Origin: an uncultured Planctomycetota bacterium
GTDB taxonomy: Bacteria; Planctomycetota; Planctomycetia; Isosphaerales; Isosphaeraceae
Assembly (NCBI GenBank): GCA_963845755.1
Contig: CAWJTV010000026.1
Span: 64,001-128,000 of the forward strand
Direction: 5' to 3'
Length of the DNA stretch: 64,000 bases
The notes under the pieces were generated by a model, which ran no database searches, was not told where the DNA came from, and saw nothing but the letters and a program-made list of their open reading frames with translations. The translations under genes and the position numbers were made by a program. Position 1 is the first letter of the stretch; each line of letters starts with the position of its first letter. Below are positions 50,217 to 61,997 of the stretch, piece after piece.

Positions 50217-53200
50217 TCACCAGCCGAGACCGAGTTTCGTGAGCTGCTTGTTGATCTCGACAAGGTCGAGGACCGAGACCGTGCCGTCCTTGCGCCCGAC
50301 GATCGCATGGCGGCCATCCGGGCTGAAGCTGAGCTGTCTGGCCTGGATATCCTGGACCATTCGCATGGCCGGCAGTCCCGTCGCAAGGTCGTAGAGAGCC
50401 AGCGCGGGCGGTTGATCCGGGGTAACCCCCATCGACCATCTTGCATCCGGGCTCAGACAGGCCATCGGTGCTTTGGTGACTCCGCGATATTCCAAGCTTG
50501 GGAGGCTGAACAGTGTGATCGCATCGTTCTCTACGTCCAGGGGCACCGCGAGTACCTTGACGCTCGGGTCGAAGAAGAAATGGGATCCCGTATCGAGTCT
50601 TCCGCCGCGCAATGGCCAGCCTCGCACCTGTTTACCGCTTCCACATTCGTAGACCTTAAACATTCGCTGCATCTTTCCCTGATGAGTCTCCAGGCCATCG
50701 ACCGCGAATACGGAACCGTTCGACGCGATCCGGATTCCATGGACGTGCCAGTTAAAGTCGTCGATCTCGGCCAACGGCCGGGTCGGCGTCGCGCTCAGGA
50801 GATCGTAGAGCCGGACCGTTCTGGGATACTTGTTAGCCGGAAACCGGTTCGACGGTTCGCCTTGACGACTCTTGGTCTCCTGACGAACCAGAAACAAGTG
50901 ATCGTCGCCAGAGAACGCCATGGAGTCACAGAGCCCTTCGGGTAGATTCCATCGGCCAATCATCCGGTGCCGTTCGATGTCCCAAAGCCTGACCTCGTGC
51001 CCAATTGAGCAGGCGAAGCGGCGGCCGCCGGGATCGAAGGCCATGCCGATGCTGTCCGCAAAAAGACCGACCGAGCCAGGCAACACGCCCAGCAGACGTC
51101 CGGAATCCCGTTCCCAAAGGCCGACATCCCACTCGTGACTCGCCGCCGCGACGAGGCGGCCGTCAGGAGAGAAAGCCGACCTGTCCACCACACCGCGAAG
51201 TCCATACAGCGTTCGGATACCGTGCCCGAGCTCCAGCTCGACGATTGTCCCGCCGGGCTCAGCCGCCTTGGGCGATATCTCAGAGCTGAATGCACAATGC
51301 CGGCCGTCCGGAGCAAACGAAACGGACTGGAAAAAGTCGCCGATGATCAGGTCCAGAAGGCCATTTCCCGTCGCAACGTCCCACAGCCTCGTCGGAGTGC
51401 GGCCTGCCGTGAGAAGTAATGCGCCATCGTCGCTGAAGTCCATCGCCCATACAGCGAATTCCGATCCGTGGCAGACGCTACGGGGCCGATTCTGGCGGAG
51501 GTCCCAGACAGTAACCAGCCCGCTCGACTCCGCCACGGCGAGAAGCCACGGAGCGACCGAGTCATCCTCGTGCCAGACTGGGTCACGGCCAAAGGCCAGG
51601 CAGGATACGGGGCAACGACCCACGCGGAAGGGAGAGAGTCGCTTGCCATCCGGCATGGTCCAGACCGTGATCTCGCCCGTGTCGTCCCAGGCCGCCAGGA
51701 GTCGGCCGTCGGGAGAGAGGACGAGATCCTGGGTTGCCTTGTGTTCGAGGATCTTGATCGGCTGTTCGGATGCGGCGTCCCAGACGACGATGCTCGTCTT
51801 ACCGTCCCCCTCGGGAACAACCACCTCTTTCTCCCGGTGGGCCGGACAGGCCATGGCGGCGAGCCGCGAGCCGTTGCGGGAAAGGGTCAGGGCTGGGAGG
51901 GCCGAGGTCCCAGCCAGGGGAGAACGGAACGCGCGGATCTCGTTTCCCGACTTGACGTCATACAAATGAAGTCGAGCGGGATCGTTACGGTCCCCTGACA
52001 ACTGGAGTGGTGTCCCATCGGGCCGGAAGGCGGGAACTCCGCCTCCCAGATCGCGCTCGACGAGAGTCCGATGGGTCGTGCGCTCCCACAGCATCGTCCG
52101 CGACCAACGCGAACCTTGTTCGGTAGCTTCGGTTCGGACGATGAGGAGATGTTGGGAACTGGGATCAAATTCCAGCACCCCGCTTCCTCCGGGGAGGGAC
52201 TTCTCCATGTGGGAATCGATCCCTTCCAGCGCAGCGGCGGCGTGGCTCTGAAGCTGAAGATCGGCCACGGTGCTGGCACCTCGCAGGGAGCGGATGTGCT
52301 GCCAGGACTCCTGGAACCACTCTTGCTTGCGGATCGGCCCGCGAAGCCGGGGCAGCGCGAGGATCTTTTGCTCGCGCTGCGCTGCTTCGAGCTGGGCCTT
52401 CGTCAACTGGGCCTGCTGCTCGGTCACCTGAAATTTGACTTTGTTCGTCTCGGCCTCGGCACGGGCATTGTGCAGATTGAGTTGATTGACGTGAGCGGTG
52501 TACGCGGTGCCCAGACCGCCAATCAGAAGGAAGGCCAGTACCAGGCCGGCCGCGGCGGGCCGCCGTCGAGACCAGAAACCGAGCCGTCGCAGCCCGACCC
52601 GGATCCAGCCCAGGAAGCGGTTGGTCTTGCGGCGAATGGCAGCCTCGCCAGCCGCGGTCGGGCGGATTTCCAACCAGCGATGGAGATCGTCGGCCAGAGC
52701 ATGGGCCGTCGGATAGCGATCCTCCGGATCCTTTTCCAGGGCCTTCAGACAGACCGCCGTGAGCTCCCGCGGAAATGAGGCCACGATCCGGCGCGGTGGA
52801 TGGGGCGGCTCGGTCAGGATTTGCTCGACCCTGGCGAATGGGCGGCGGAGGGTCAGCAGCTCGTACAGTGTCGCGCCCAGCCCCCAGACATCGGTGCGAT
52901 GGTCGATCGCCGGGGGCGGGTCGACATCGGGTGGGCGCCGCGACGGGGGCACCTGCTCCGGGGCCCAGTACAGCGGTGTACCCACTCCCACGGTCGGCCC
53001 GCCCGGGTCCGTCGTCCCGTTCGATTCCGCGATCGCGGGCGAATTCGCGACCTCGCCCAGGAAATGGGCCAGGCCGAAGTCGAGCACCCAGGGGTGCCCC
53101 TGGCGCTCGACCAGGATGTTCGCCGGCTTCAGGTCGCGGTGGATGACTCCGGCCTGGTGGGCGTGATCCACGGCCTCGGCGACGTCGGCCATCAGTGCGG

Positions 53201-53903
53201 CGACCCGACGGTGGTAGTCGCGCGGGACGTGAAGGGGCGCGGGACGACCGTTCTCCGACTCGACCACGTCCGGATGTCGGGGTCCCTCGACCACGGTCAT
53301 CGCCCGGCTGGCGTGCTCCTTCACCTCCTCGGCCGAGGCCTCGTCGACGAGCTGCTCGAACGTCGAGGCCGACGGCGGTGACGCGGACGCCGATGGCCAT
53401 GTCGAGGCCGTCTTGATGAGGGCACGGAGCGAGGGGCCATGGATCCTGGGCATCGAGAAATAGAGGAGCTGGGCCTCCTGGCCGGTGGCGTAGATGGGCA
53501 CGATGTTCGTGTGATGCAGCCGCGCCAGCGTCCGGCGCTCGCGGTCGAAGCGGTCCAGGAGATGCGGGTCGGCGGTCCGGCCAAACTTGATCGTCTTGAC
53601 CGCGACGACGCGATGAAGCTCGTCCTCCTCGGCTTCGTAGAGCTTCCCCATGCCGCCGACGGCCAGGACCCGGCGGATCCGATACGGCCCTAACCGCTCC
53701 GGGTCGCGCAGGCCGCGCAGGTTCTTGAACCCGGTGGCCAGGGCGCCGAACTCATCGGCCCGCGCGGGATCGCTGGCGATGGCCCGCGCCAGCAGATTCG
53801 CGATGGTGTCTTCGTCGCGCGCGTTGTCAAGCTCTTCGAGGAACCGGCCAATCACGGCATCGTGGCTTCTCGTCGTCTGCGACGAGGTCTGCGAGTCTTT
53901 CAT
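50217..53903 (-). CDS. Ser/Thr protein kinase with TM segment and WD40-like propeller (intact, 1228 aa)
   Basis: GGMGKLY, VAVK, HRDLKPAN, DFG, GTPLYWAPEQ; TM AAGLVLAFLLIGGLG; FSPDGR repeats. Confidence 0.93.
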   Translation of the reverse strand: MKDSQTSSQTTRSHDAVIGRFLEELDNARDEDTIANLLARAIASDPARADEFGALATGFKNLRGLRDPERLGPYRIRRVLAVGGMGKLYEAEEDELHRVVAVKTIKFGRTADPHLLDRFDRERRTLARLHHTNIVPIYATGQEAQLLYFSMPRIHGPSLRALIKTASTWPSASASPPSASTFEQLVDEASAEEVKEHASRAMTVVEGPRHPDVVESENGRPAPLHVPRDYHRRVAALMADVAEAVDHAHQAGVIHRDLKPANILVERQGHPWVLDFGLAHFLGEVANSPAIAESNGTTDPGGPTVGVGTPLYWAPEQVPPSRRPPDVDPPPAIDHRTDVWGLGATLYELLTLRRPFARVEQILTEPPHPPRRIVASFPRELTAVCLKALEKDPEDRYPTAHALADDLHRWLEIRPTAAGEAAIRRKTNRFLGWIRVGLRRLGFWSRRRPAAAGLVLAFLLIGGLGTAYTAHVNQLNLHNARAEAETNKVKFQVTEQQAQLTKAQLEAAQREQKILALPRLRGPIRKQEWFQESWQHIRSLRGASTVADLQLQSHAAAALEGIDSHMEKSLPGGSGVLEFDPSSQHLLIVRTEATEQGSRWSRTMLWERTTHRTLVERDLGGGVPAFRPDGTPLQLSGDRNDPARLHLYDVKSGNEIRAFRSPLAGTSALPALTLSRNGSRLAAMACPAHREKEVVVPEGDGKTSIVVWDAASEQPIKILEHKATQDLVLSPDGRLLAAWDDTGEITVWTMPDGKRLSPFRVGRCPVSCLAFGRDPVWHEDDSVAPWLLAVAESSGLVTVWDLRQNRPRSVCHGSEFAVWAMDFSDDGALLLTAGRTPTRLWDVATGNGLLDLIIGDFFQSVSFAPDGRHCAFSSEISPKAAEPGGTIVELELGHGIRTLYGLRGVVDRSAFSPDGRLVAAASHEWDVGLWERDSGRLLGVLPGSVGLFADSIGMAFDPGGRRFACSIGHEVRLWDIERHRMIGRWNLPEGLCDSMAFSGDDHLFLVRQETKSRQGEPSNRFPANKYPRTVRLYDLLSATPTRPLAEIDDFNWHVHGIRIASNGSVFAVDGLETHQGKMQRMFKVYECGSGKQVRGWPLRGGRLDTGSHFFFDPSVKVLAVPLDVENDAITLFSLPSLEYRGVTKAPMACLSPDARWSMGVTPDQPPALALYDLATGLPAMRMVQDIQARQLSFSPDGRHAIVGRKDGTVSVLDLVEINKQLTKLGLGW

Positions 53904-54508
53904 GGCAGCCCGCCCTCCGTCTCGTCCCCATCGGGCTTAATCAATTTGACCAGGAGCTTGTGCAACGCACGGTGGTAGCGCTGGGTGACCGTGTTCTCCG
54001 TCTCGCCGAGGACGTTTCCGATCTCGGGAAAGGTCAGATCATCGAAGACTCGCATGGTGATGATCTCAAGGTCGCGGGGCTTCAGTTCGGCCATGGCGCG
54101 GCGCAAGAGTGCGGCTTCCTCCCGGCGGATTGCGGCTCCGCTGGGTGTGGTCTGCGACCGGACGAGTCCGATGACGACCTCGGCCACGGAGTCGTCGGGC
54201 AAGGAGATTTCCCGCTCGAGGCTACGGGTGGGCCCGAGTGCCTTGCGGATCTCATCCTGGACCTGGTTGTGTACGATCCCGTAGAGCCAACAGAAGTGAC
54301 TCTCCGGCGCCGGGGGCCGTGCGACCCACTGTGATCGAGCCCGTACAAACGAGGCCTGGAGCACATCCTCGACATCGATACGTGCGGCCAGTTGGTGACC
54401 GATCAGCCGACGCACCATGCCGGAGAGCTTGAGCTCATGCTCCGAGAAGAGCCGCGCCAGCGCGGTCTCGTCGTTACCAGGAGACGCCGATTGACCGTTG
54501 CCATCCAC
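53900..54508 (-). CDS. ECF sigma-70 factor
   Basis: ALARLF, RIDVEDVLQ, WLYGI, LKPRDLEIITMRVFDDLTFPEIGNVLG; ATGA overlap with the kinase; probable GTG start 54508. Confidence 0.9.
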   Translation of the reverse strand: MDGNGQSASPGNDETALARLFSEHELKLSGMVRRLIGHQLAARIDVEDVLQASFVRARSQWVARPPAPESHFCWLYGIVHNQVQDEIRKALGPTRSLEREISLPDDSVAEVVIGLVRSQTTPSGAAIRREEAALLRRAMAELKPRDLEIITMRVFDDLTFPEIGNVLGETENTVTQRYHRALHKLLVKLIKPDGDETEGGLP

Positions 54509-55478
54509 AGCCGATCTCTCCGAGGCCCGATGATAATTTGGTATCGCCTTCCATCTTATCCGGACCTCGGGCGCGAAACCTGACAAAGCCACAAAGGCTC
54601 AAGCGGGGAATCTGGTGATAAGCCGTGCGAGGGCCTTCGGTCGGAGGTGGGCCGCGATCCTCCCTGGTGTCCAGAAAGTCTTTGCGATCCCCTCGACCAC
54701 TACACCCATGATACGATGCACAAAGACCGGATTCCCGTTCGTGGGGCTGAACAGCTCCTCAACAGAACTGGCGATCAGACTCGACGCGAAGCACGGCCGT
54801 GTCGTTTCGGCCACAAACGATTTCAGGGCAAGGTGTTCCGATCAAGTAGCCGAGGGCTGTACGCCGCCAAGTGTTATCCAGGTTTAACCAGGCCGCAATC
54901 CCCAGGCCTTTCTTTTTTCTTGATTTTTCTATCTCCCGCCGCGGTTGAGAGTTCGGGAGCCGAGAAGCCCGATTTAGCGACTAGGTGCATTAACGGTTTT
55001 AAAAAGCTACGGCATACTAATAATAAGGACTACGCAAGACTCCATCAAGCGCGAGCCAGGCCCATCAGAAACCCAGGACGCCAGCAAACTTGACCATTTC
55101 GCCTTCCACAACCACAGGTTGCCGGTCCGGAGACGGGACCGCTCCCTTTCGGCATGCGTTCGTCCTGAAGTCGTTTCAACTTAGAAAGATGGGAGATGGC
55201 GGCCCGCCGAAATGTAGTACAAAGTGTGCCCGTTCGTGCCACCCTCCGATGATACGGAATACATCGATTCTGCGGATCGTCCGCAATAATCACGTCCTGA
55301 CGGCTGCCTCGTCGTCGTATGGCACCCTCTCATCCCCCCCCGCACAGGTGCCTTGCCCCACCCCGATCGCTCCGTTACATTATTGTTTAACACCCATCGA
55401 GAATGGGAAGACCGTCCAGGAAGGCAAGGGACCGAAGCGGGTCTGGCCTCGACGCGACGCGAGAGGAAGGGTTCGATC

Positions 55479-56836
55479 ATGCTGACCTTGTGGGGACCGG
55501 GTGGAGGCACGCGGTATTGCGACGGCCAGTCGCGACGGTCGTTCCTCAAGATCGGCGGGCTGGCGATGGGGGGGCTGGGTCTTCCCGGGCTGCTCCAGGC
55601 CGAGGCGCGGGGAGCCGGCGGCAGTCCGTCGCGGGCTGCGGGGTCGCCGCACAAGTCGGTGATCATGATCTACCTCTCGGGAGGCGCCGCGCACCAGGAT
55701 ACCTTCGACCTCAAGCCCGACGCCCCCGACGGCATCCGCGGCGAGTTCAAGCCGATCGCGACCCGCGTGCCGGGCGTGCAGATCAGCGAGATGCTGCCCC
55801 GGATCGCCGGCGTCATGGACAAGGTCGCCGTGATCCGGTCGATCGTCGGCCTGCGCGACGAGCACTCGAGCTTCCAGAACGTCACCGGCTACACGATGGG
55901 CCAGAGTCAGCGCGAGGGGAGGCCCAGTTTCGGCTCGGTGATCGCCCGGACGCAAGGGGCGGCCGATCCCGTCGTGCCGCCGTTCATCGACCTGTTCCCG
56001 GTCATGCAGCATAAGCCGTACAACAGCCCGGGGCCCGGGTTCCTCGGCCCTCTCTACAGGGCCGCGCGGATGGAAGGAGACGACCTGGCGCTCTTGAAGC
56101 CTCCGGTGGACGTCGCGCCCCCTCGGTTCGACCGCCGCCGCGCATTGCTCGGCCAGTTCGACCAGTTCCGCCGCCGGATCGACAACGCCGAGACCGGCGG
56201 CATGGACGACGTCTATCGTCGGGCGTTCGAGGTCCTGACCTCGGACAAGGTCGCCCGGGCGCTGGACGTCAGCCGCGAGGATCCCCGGTTGCGCGACCGC
56301 TACGGCATCGGCTCGAAGCAGCCGCTGGGCGACGCCGCGCCGATGTGGAACGACCAGTTCCTGATCGCCCGCCGATTAGTCGAGGCCGGGCGCGGTGCGT
56401 CACGGTCGCCTACGGCTTCTGGGACACCCACGGCGGCAACTTCCCCTGGCTCCGCCAGTATCTACCGCTGTTCGACCGGGGCGTCTCGGCGCTGGTCGAG
56501 GACATCCACCTCCGCGGGCTCGACCGCGACGTCACCGTGGTCGTCTGGGGCGAATTCGGCCGCACGCCCAAGATCAACAAGGACGGCGGCCGCGACCACT
56601 GGTCCCGGGTCAACTCGGCCCTCCTGTTCGGCGGCGGCATGAAGGTTGGCCAGGTCATCGGCTCGACCGACAAGCTCGGCGGCTCGGCCGCCAGCCGGCC
56701 GGTCCCCTATCAGGACGTCCTGGCCACCATTTACCACAACCTCGGCATCGATCCCCACGCCTTCATCCAGGACAAGGCTAACCGGCCGGTCCCCATCCTC
56801 CCCGGGACCGCCGAACCGATCCACGAGGTCGTCTAG
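55479..56836 (+). CDS. DUF1501 family protein (apparent frameshift near 56390)
   Basis: SRRSFLKIGGL, YLSGGAAHQDTFDLKP, ARRLVEAG, WDTH, WGEFGRTP, GRDHW. Confidence 0.92.
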
Positions 56837-56863
56837 TCCAGGAGTCGGTGGCGGGATCGAGGA

Positions 56864-58045
56864 TCACGCCGCCTGGAGCCACCGTCGGATGCGGCCCAGC
56901 TCGTCGTTCCAGCCGTTGCCGATCCGGCGGAGCAGATACGCTTCGAACAAGAGGTCCAGGGACTCGCTCAGATGGCGAAGGCTGTCGATCCGCGCGATCC
57001 GCTGTTCGTGCCGCGAAAGGCCCGCATCCTCGGGCTTCGGGAGTGCGGCCCCGGTGACGGCCAGGGTCTCGGCCTGGAGCGTCAGCTCGTACTGGGCGCC
57101 GTGGCGCACCAGGATCATGCCGGCCTTGCGCGGCAGCTTGCCGGCCTGGAGGGCACGGAAGGCCTCGGGGAGTCGGGTCGGAGCGTCGTCGGTCAACTGG
57201 TCGCGGCCGGTCTCGCCGCGCGGGCAGTCGAGCGTCAAGGTCTTGGCCAGCATGACCGTGATCTCCGAGCCGTCGGAGAGCTTGACCGTCTCGCCGTCGT
57301 TCTGGAGGACGTGCCAGATCCAGACGAGGAACTCGTTGCCCAGGTAGTCGAGGCTGGTGGGGTCGTCCCCGGCCCAGGCGACGGAGGACACGACCCCGAC
57401 CGGCTGACCGGCCACGGCGATCGGGCCGGAATCGAAGATCGCGAGCCCGCGATCCGGGTCGGTCGGATCGCCGGGAGCCAGCCCTCTCGCCAGATTGCCG
57501 GCGGTGATCGGCTCCAGCGGTCGGTCGAAGGTCTCGCGGAACAGCGCCTGGAGCCGTTCCAGGACGCTCGCACTGGTGGCGCCCACATAGAGGGTCTGGT
57601 TCTGGCCGTCCCAGAGGACCGGGTAATGATTATGACGCCGGTATCGGCCATCGGCCGCCTCGGCCAGGGCCCGTTCCTTGGCGGCCTCCTTGGCTTCCTC
57701 GCGCTGGGCCTTGGTGGCGACGCCGCTGGGGTTGAGCTGGGCCCGGGCCTCGATCTCGATCTGGGTGTAAGCCTTGAGGATCGCGCCGGGGACCTTGTCG
57801 CTGTCGATCCGGATGGCCAGGTGAGCGGCGTCGTGGATGAGGTTCTTTTCCCGATCGATGGTCAGGTCGAGCACGTGATCGCCGCCGGCCCAACCGGTGA
57901 CGATCCCATCCGCCGGATCGCCCGAGCCATGCCGCCCGAGCAACTGCTGGCGTGCCTGCTCCAGGACCTCGTCGCCGAACGGAAGCGGCGACGGCCCGCC
58001 GACCCGATACCGCGTGAACGTGACGCGACCGCTCAAGAACGCCAT
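56864..58045 (-). CDS. RdgC-like recombination-associated protein
   Basis: MAFLSGRVTFTRYRV, RIDSDKVPGAIL, EAKEAAKE, YLGNEFLVWIW, EAFRALQAGKLP; SD GGAGGAG. Confidence 0.65.
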   Translation of the reverse strand: MAFLSGRVTFTRYRVGGPSPLPFGDEVLEQARQQLLGRHGSGDPADGIVTGWAGGDHVLDLTIDREKNLIHDAAHLAIRIDSDKVPGAILKAYTQIEIEARAQLNPSGVATKAQREEAKEAAKERALAEAADGRYRRHNHYPVLWDGQNQTLYVGATSASVLERLQALFRETFDRPLEPITAGNLARGLAPGDPTDPDRGLAIFDSGPIAVAGQPVGVVSSVAWAGDDPTSLDYLGNEFLVWIWHVLQNDGETVKLSDGSEITVMLAKTLTLDCPRGETGRDQLTDDAPTRLPEAFRALQAGKLPRKAGMILVRHGAQYELTLQAETLAVTGAALPKPEDAGLSRHEQRIARIDSLRHLSESLDLLFEAYLLRRIGNGWNDELGRIRRWLQAA

Positions 58046-58206
58046 GATTCGCTCTCCTCCCGAAGTCTCTCGCCTGCGCAACCGCCAGCACGCCGGTGAC
58101 GGGCCACGGTCCGGACCCCTATTCCATCGGGCTGACCCGACCCGGTTCTCCAGCCCTGATGCCGGCCGCGACGCCCCGACCCTGAGCGATGCCGACATCC
58201 TGCCAA

Positions 58207-58702
58207 TCACGAGAAGTTGACGAATTGGAGCGGGTATTCCGGCCCATTCTCCTTGAGGTGGGCGATCACGGCCTGCAAATCATCGATCTTCTTGGCGGTA
58301 ACCCGGAGCTTGTTCTCCATGATCTGGGCCTGGACCTTGATCTTGAGCTGCTTGATCTCCTTGATCAGCTTGCGCGTCGTCGCTCTCGATGCCGGTGTGC
58401 AGGGTCACGACCTCGCGCACCGTGTCGTGGGTGGCATCCTCGATCTTCCCGCGCACGACCGCCCCGACCGGGACGCCCCGGCGGGCCATCTTTTCCTTGA
58501 GGATCTGGAGGACCGTCTCGAGCTGTCCCTTGTGATCGGCGAGGATCGTCAGGGCGTTGTCCTTCTTGTTGAACTCGATCGAGGCATGCGTCCCCTTGAA
58601 ATCGAAGCGGACGGCCAGCTCGTGCTGGGCCTGGACGACGGCGTTGTGCATCTCCGCGTGGTTGATCTCGCTGACGACGTCGAATGCGTGATTATCGGCC
58701 AT
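58207..58702 (-). CDS. yajQ: YajQ family nucleotide/c-di-GMP-binding protein (apparent frameshifts)
   Basis: FDVVSEI..EMHNAV.QA..E...RFDFKG, then [26 protein letters not shown] and PLQFVNFS in shifted frames. Confidence 0.9.
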
Positions 58703-58894
58703 GGTGCAAAGCTCCTCGTTATTGTGAAGGAATCTTACCATCTTCCCGGATCGATGCCGGTCGCGGCAAGCTCCCCGCGGCCTGCCCCGCGACGCGATTC
58801 CCAAGAATCTTGAGGGTCCTTCCCGTGCTCGACGTCACTCCGATACGATCGTGACGGGAACCTGTCCTTGTCCTTTCAGCGCAAAGGAGTCACC

Positions 58895-60081
58895 ATGTCG
58901 GAATTCTCTCGACGAATGTTCATCGGTTCGGCCGCCGTCACCGCGAGCCTGATCGGGCGAGATGCGGGCGCCGACGCCGCCGATCAGACGGATTTCGCCT
59001 TCAAGAACAACGTCCCCGATGAATTACTCGCCGGCCACGAGCTGCCGACCTTCAAGTTCGAGATGGAGAAATCGGTGGCGGGCAAGGTCGTGGGGGGAAC
59101 AACGCGCGCGAGGCGACGGTCAAGCAGTTGCCGATCTCCAAGGGGCTCGCCGGGGTCTCGATGCGGCTGGAGCCCGGCGGCCTCCGCGAACTGCACTGGC
59201 ACGCCACCGCCGCCGAGTGGGCATTCGTCGTCGAGGGACGCGTCCGGACGACGGTCATCGATCCGGCGGGGAACTCCGAGACGAACGACTTCGGGCCCGG
59301 CGACATCTGGTACTTCCCGCGCGGTTACGGCCATGCGATCCAAGGGATGGGACCGGGGACCGCCCACTTCATCCTGATCTTCGACAACGGGTATTTCTCC
59401 GAGTTCGGCACGTTCAGCGTGACCGACTGGATCGGCCACTCGCCCCCGGAGCTGGTGGCGAAGAACCTCGGCCTGCCGCCAGACGTGGTCCAGAAGCTGC
59501 CCAAATACGAGGTCTACTTCGGCCGGGGGCCCGTGCCGCCCGAGGCGCAGGCGCTCCCGCTGGGCGGCAACCTCAAGTCGCCGCCGCTGACCCATAAGTT
59601 CGAGATGCTCAAGCAGGAACCGCACTCGATCCAGAAGGGCGGCCGGGAGTGGCGGGTCGGGGCCGACAAGTTTCCGGTCTCGGCGACCGTCACCGGCGTG
59701 GTCCTCGAACTCGAGCCGGGCGGGCTCCGCGAGCTGCACTGGCACCCCACCTCCGACGAGTGGCAGTACGTGCTTTCGGGAAAAGTCCACGTCACGATGT
59801 TCGGCTCTCACTCCCGATATCGGATCGAGACGCTCGAAAAAGGGGACGCCGGCTACATCCCGCAAGGCTACGGCCACTCGGTCGAGAACGCCAGCGACAC
59901 CGAGAAGGCCCGCGTCCTGATCGGCTTCAATACGGGGCACTACGAAGCGATCGACCTGTCCAGTTGGCTCGCCGGCAACCCGAAGCATATCCTGGCGAAC
60001 AATTTTCAGACCTCGGAGTCCGTCGTTGACCAATTCCCCCACGATCGGGTCTTCATCGCGCCGAAGGGTGGCCCTTCCTGA
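58895..60081 (+). CDS. oxdC: Oxalate decarboxylase-family bicupin with Tat signal (apparent frameshift near 59100)
   Basis: SRRMFIG; two Mn sites RELHWH..AAEW..H and RELHWHPTSDEWQY..H; lid FSEFGTF. Confidence 0.85.
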
Positions 60082-60432
60082 GAGGCCGAGTGCCATGGAA
60101 TCTTCGGGAGTCCTCTCCGTAAGATCCCTGCGCCGTATACGCATCCGGAGAATCCTCGATCCAAGATTCCACATTGCCGATTCTCACCGGAGATGAATTC
60201 GGTGTGTTGGAATCTTGAATATTAAATTCTTCGTTGGTGCGGTCTCTCAGGTGGATATTTCCCCGGCCGACGATTCTGCATCCAATTCGAACTCGACACC
60301 AGGGGTCAATTAAATCTCAGATTTTATATCAAATCGGGGGATTGCCCTCTTGCGAACCGCTCGCGAGATGGTAGTTATTAAGCTTTGGATCAAGGTGGTC
60401 TCATCCTTCTCTCTCTCCGGAGGTCACAGATC

Positions 60433-61569
60433 ATGCGCGCGACGTGGCGTCGAATCGGTCGGGGTTTCACCCTGATCGAGCTGCTGGTGGTCATCGCGAT
60501 CATCGCGGTCCTGATTGCGTTGCTCTTGCCAGCGGTCCAGGCGGCCCGCGAGGCGGCCCGCCGGGCTCAGTGCACCAACAACCTGAAGCAACTCGGGCTA
60601 GCGGTGCATAACTATCATTCAACGTATAATACCATCCCCGCTGAAGACATGTGGATGGGTGCGACCAGGGGCAGCGGCGCGGGCGGGGGGAGCTGGGGGT
60701 GGAATGCCAGTTGGCCGGTCTGCCTCCTGCCCAACATCGAACAGTCGCCGCTCTATAACGCCTACAACCAGGATTGGACGCCGGATTTCCCCCAGAACTC
60801 GACCGTGGTTTACACGGCCCTGACGGTCCTGCTCTGCCCTTCGGACAACCAGAAAGCACGCCCCAACAACCCCTGGGCGCCGATGAGCTATCACGGCAAC
60901 CAAGGCGGCCCGGGAATCATCCGGCAATGGAGCGGCACCTTCGAAACCCCGTTCACCTGCTCGACCACCAATCAGATCCCGATCAACGGCTGGCCCGTCG
61001 GCACCTGCTGGTGGGGCTCGGACAGCAATCTCGCGTACTTCGGCCTGGAAGGCGTCACGGACGGCAGCTCGAACACCGCACTGTTCAGCGAGCTGCTGCT
61101 CGGCGCCTCGACGTCCGACCCGCAACCGCTCATCTCCTCCAATACGGCCAAGCGGGGTGTTTACTTGCCAGGCGCGTTGAATCCCAATTACCAGACCGGC
61201 AACCAGGCGTTGGCGATCACGAACATCCAGATCTGCAATAGCCAGCCGGGGACGACGGCGGGCAACACCAGTTGGTTGCTGGGGTTCTCCTGGGCGATGG
61301 GATACCCCTGGCACGGCGCCGTCAACCGGTATGACCATTACAACACGCCCAACAAGTACACCTGCATCGTCGCAGCCGAGACGACCGGCAGCGGCGAATG
61401 GGGAGGAGCCGCCGGACTGGTGACGGCCACCAGTAACCATCCTGGCGGGGTCAATGTCTGCTTCACCGACGGCTCGGTCCGTTTCGTGAAGGACTCGGTC
61501 CAGCCGCAGACCTGGTGGGCCATCGGCACGAGGAACGGCGGCGAGACCGTCAGTTCCGACTCGTACTGA
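60433..61569 (+). CDS. DUF1559 prepilin-type protein with H-X9-DG motif
   Basis: [81 protein letters not shown]. Confidence 0.95.
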   Translation: MRATWRRIGRGFTLIELLVVIAIIAVLIALLLPAVQAAREAARRAQCTNNLKQLGLAVHNYHSTYNTIPAEDMWMGATRGSGAGGGSWGWNASWPVCLLPNIEQSPLYNAYNQDWTPDFPQNSTVVYTALTVLLCPSDNQKARPNNPWAPMSYHGNQGGPGIIRQWSGTFETPFTCSTTNQIPINGWPVGTCWWGSDSNLAYFGLEGVTDGSSNTALFSELLLGASTSDPQPLISSNTAKRGVYLPGALNPNYQTGNQALAITNIQICNSQPGTTAGNTSWLLGFSWAMGYPWHGAVNRYDHYNTPNKYTCIVAAETTGSGEWGGAAGLVTATSNHPGGVNVCFTDGSVRFVKDSVQPQTWWAIGTRNGGETVSSDSY

Positions 61570-61997
61570 GGCCAGTGGCCCTCATCGAGACCGCAGACTT
61601 AGCCGACGGATGACTTCCAGATTCCGAATCCTTCCGATCTCCCCGGTTTCGGTTCATTCGGGATCTGGACGTCCGGCCTTGCGGATCATCTGGGTTTGGC
61701 TCGGAACCGAGGATGTTGCTGATCCACCCCCCGAACCGCTCGGGTACGGATTTCCGATCTTCCGCCGATGTCGGCCGAGAGGCTTTGCCTCATCGACCGA
61801 GATCTGGAATCACCTTCCATCAAAAAGACCATGGGGTCGGTGCAGCCCATCATCCATCTTGGGGTTGCGGTGGGTTGCACGCATTCGACCAAGACCGTCT
61901 GGTTCGCGGCGTCTGCGGGTGATGCTGGTGTCACGATCCGTCGAGACGATTCCGGCCGGATTCTGTCGTATCTTCATTGAGACTGGAGACCTTCCTG

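Noticed and set aside
54600..55440. ncRNA, riboswitch or small gene in the long divergent intergenic region
   Set aside because: AT-rich promoter-like patch, but no recognisable RNA motif or convincing ORF by eye; an Rfam scan would be needed.
37..60081. Mass pseudogenisation or programmed frameshifting in thrS, kinases, DUF1501, yajQ, oxdC and others
   Set aside because: Breaks hit an essential gene, are single-base, often in G/C runs, and leave motifs intact on both sides; sequencing indels are the simpler explanation. Read polishing would decide.
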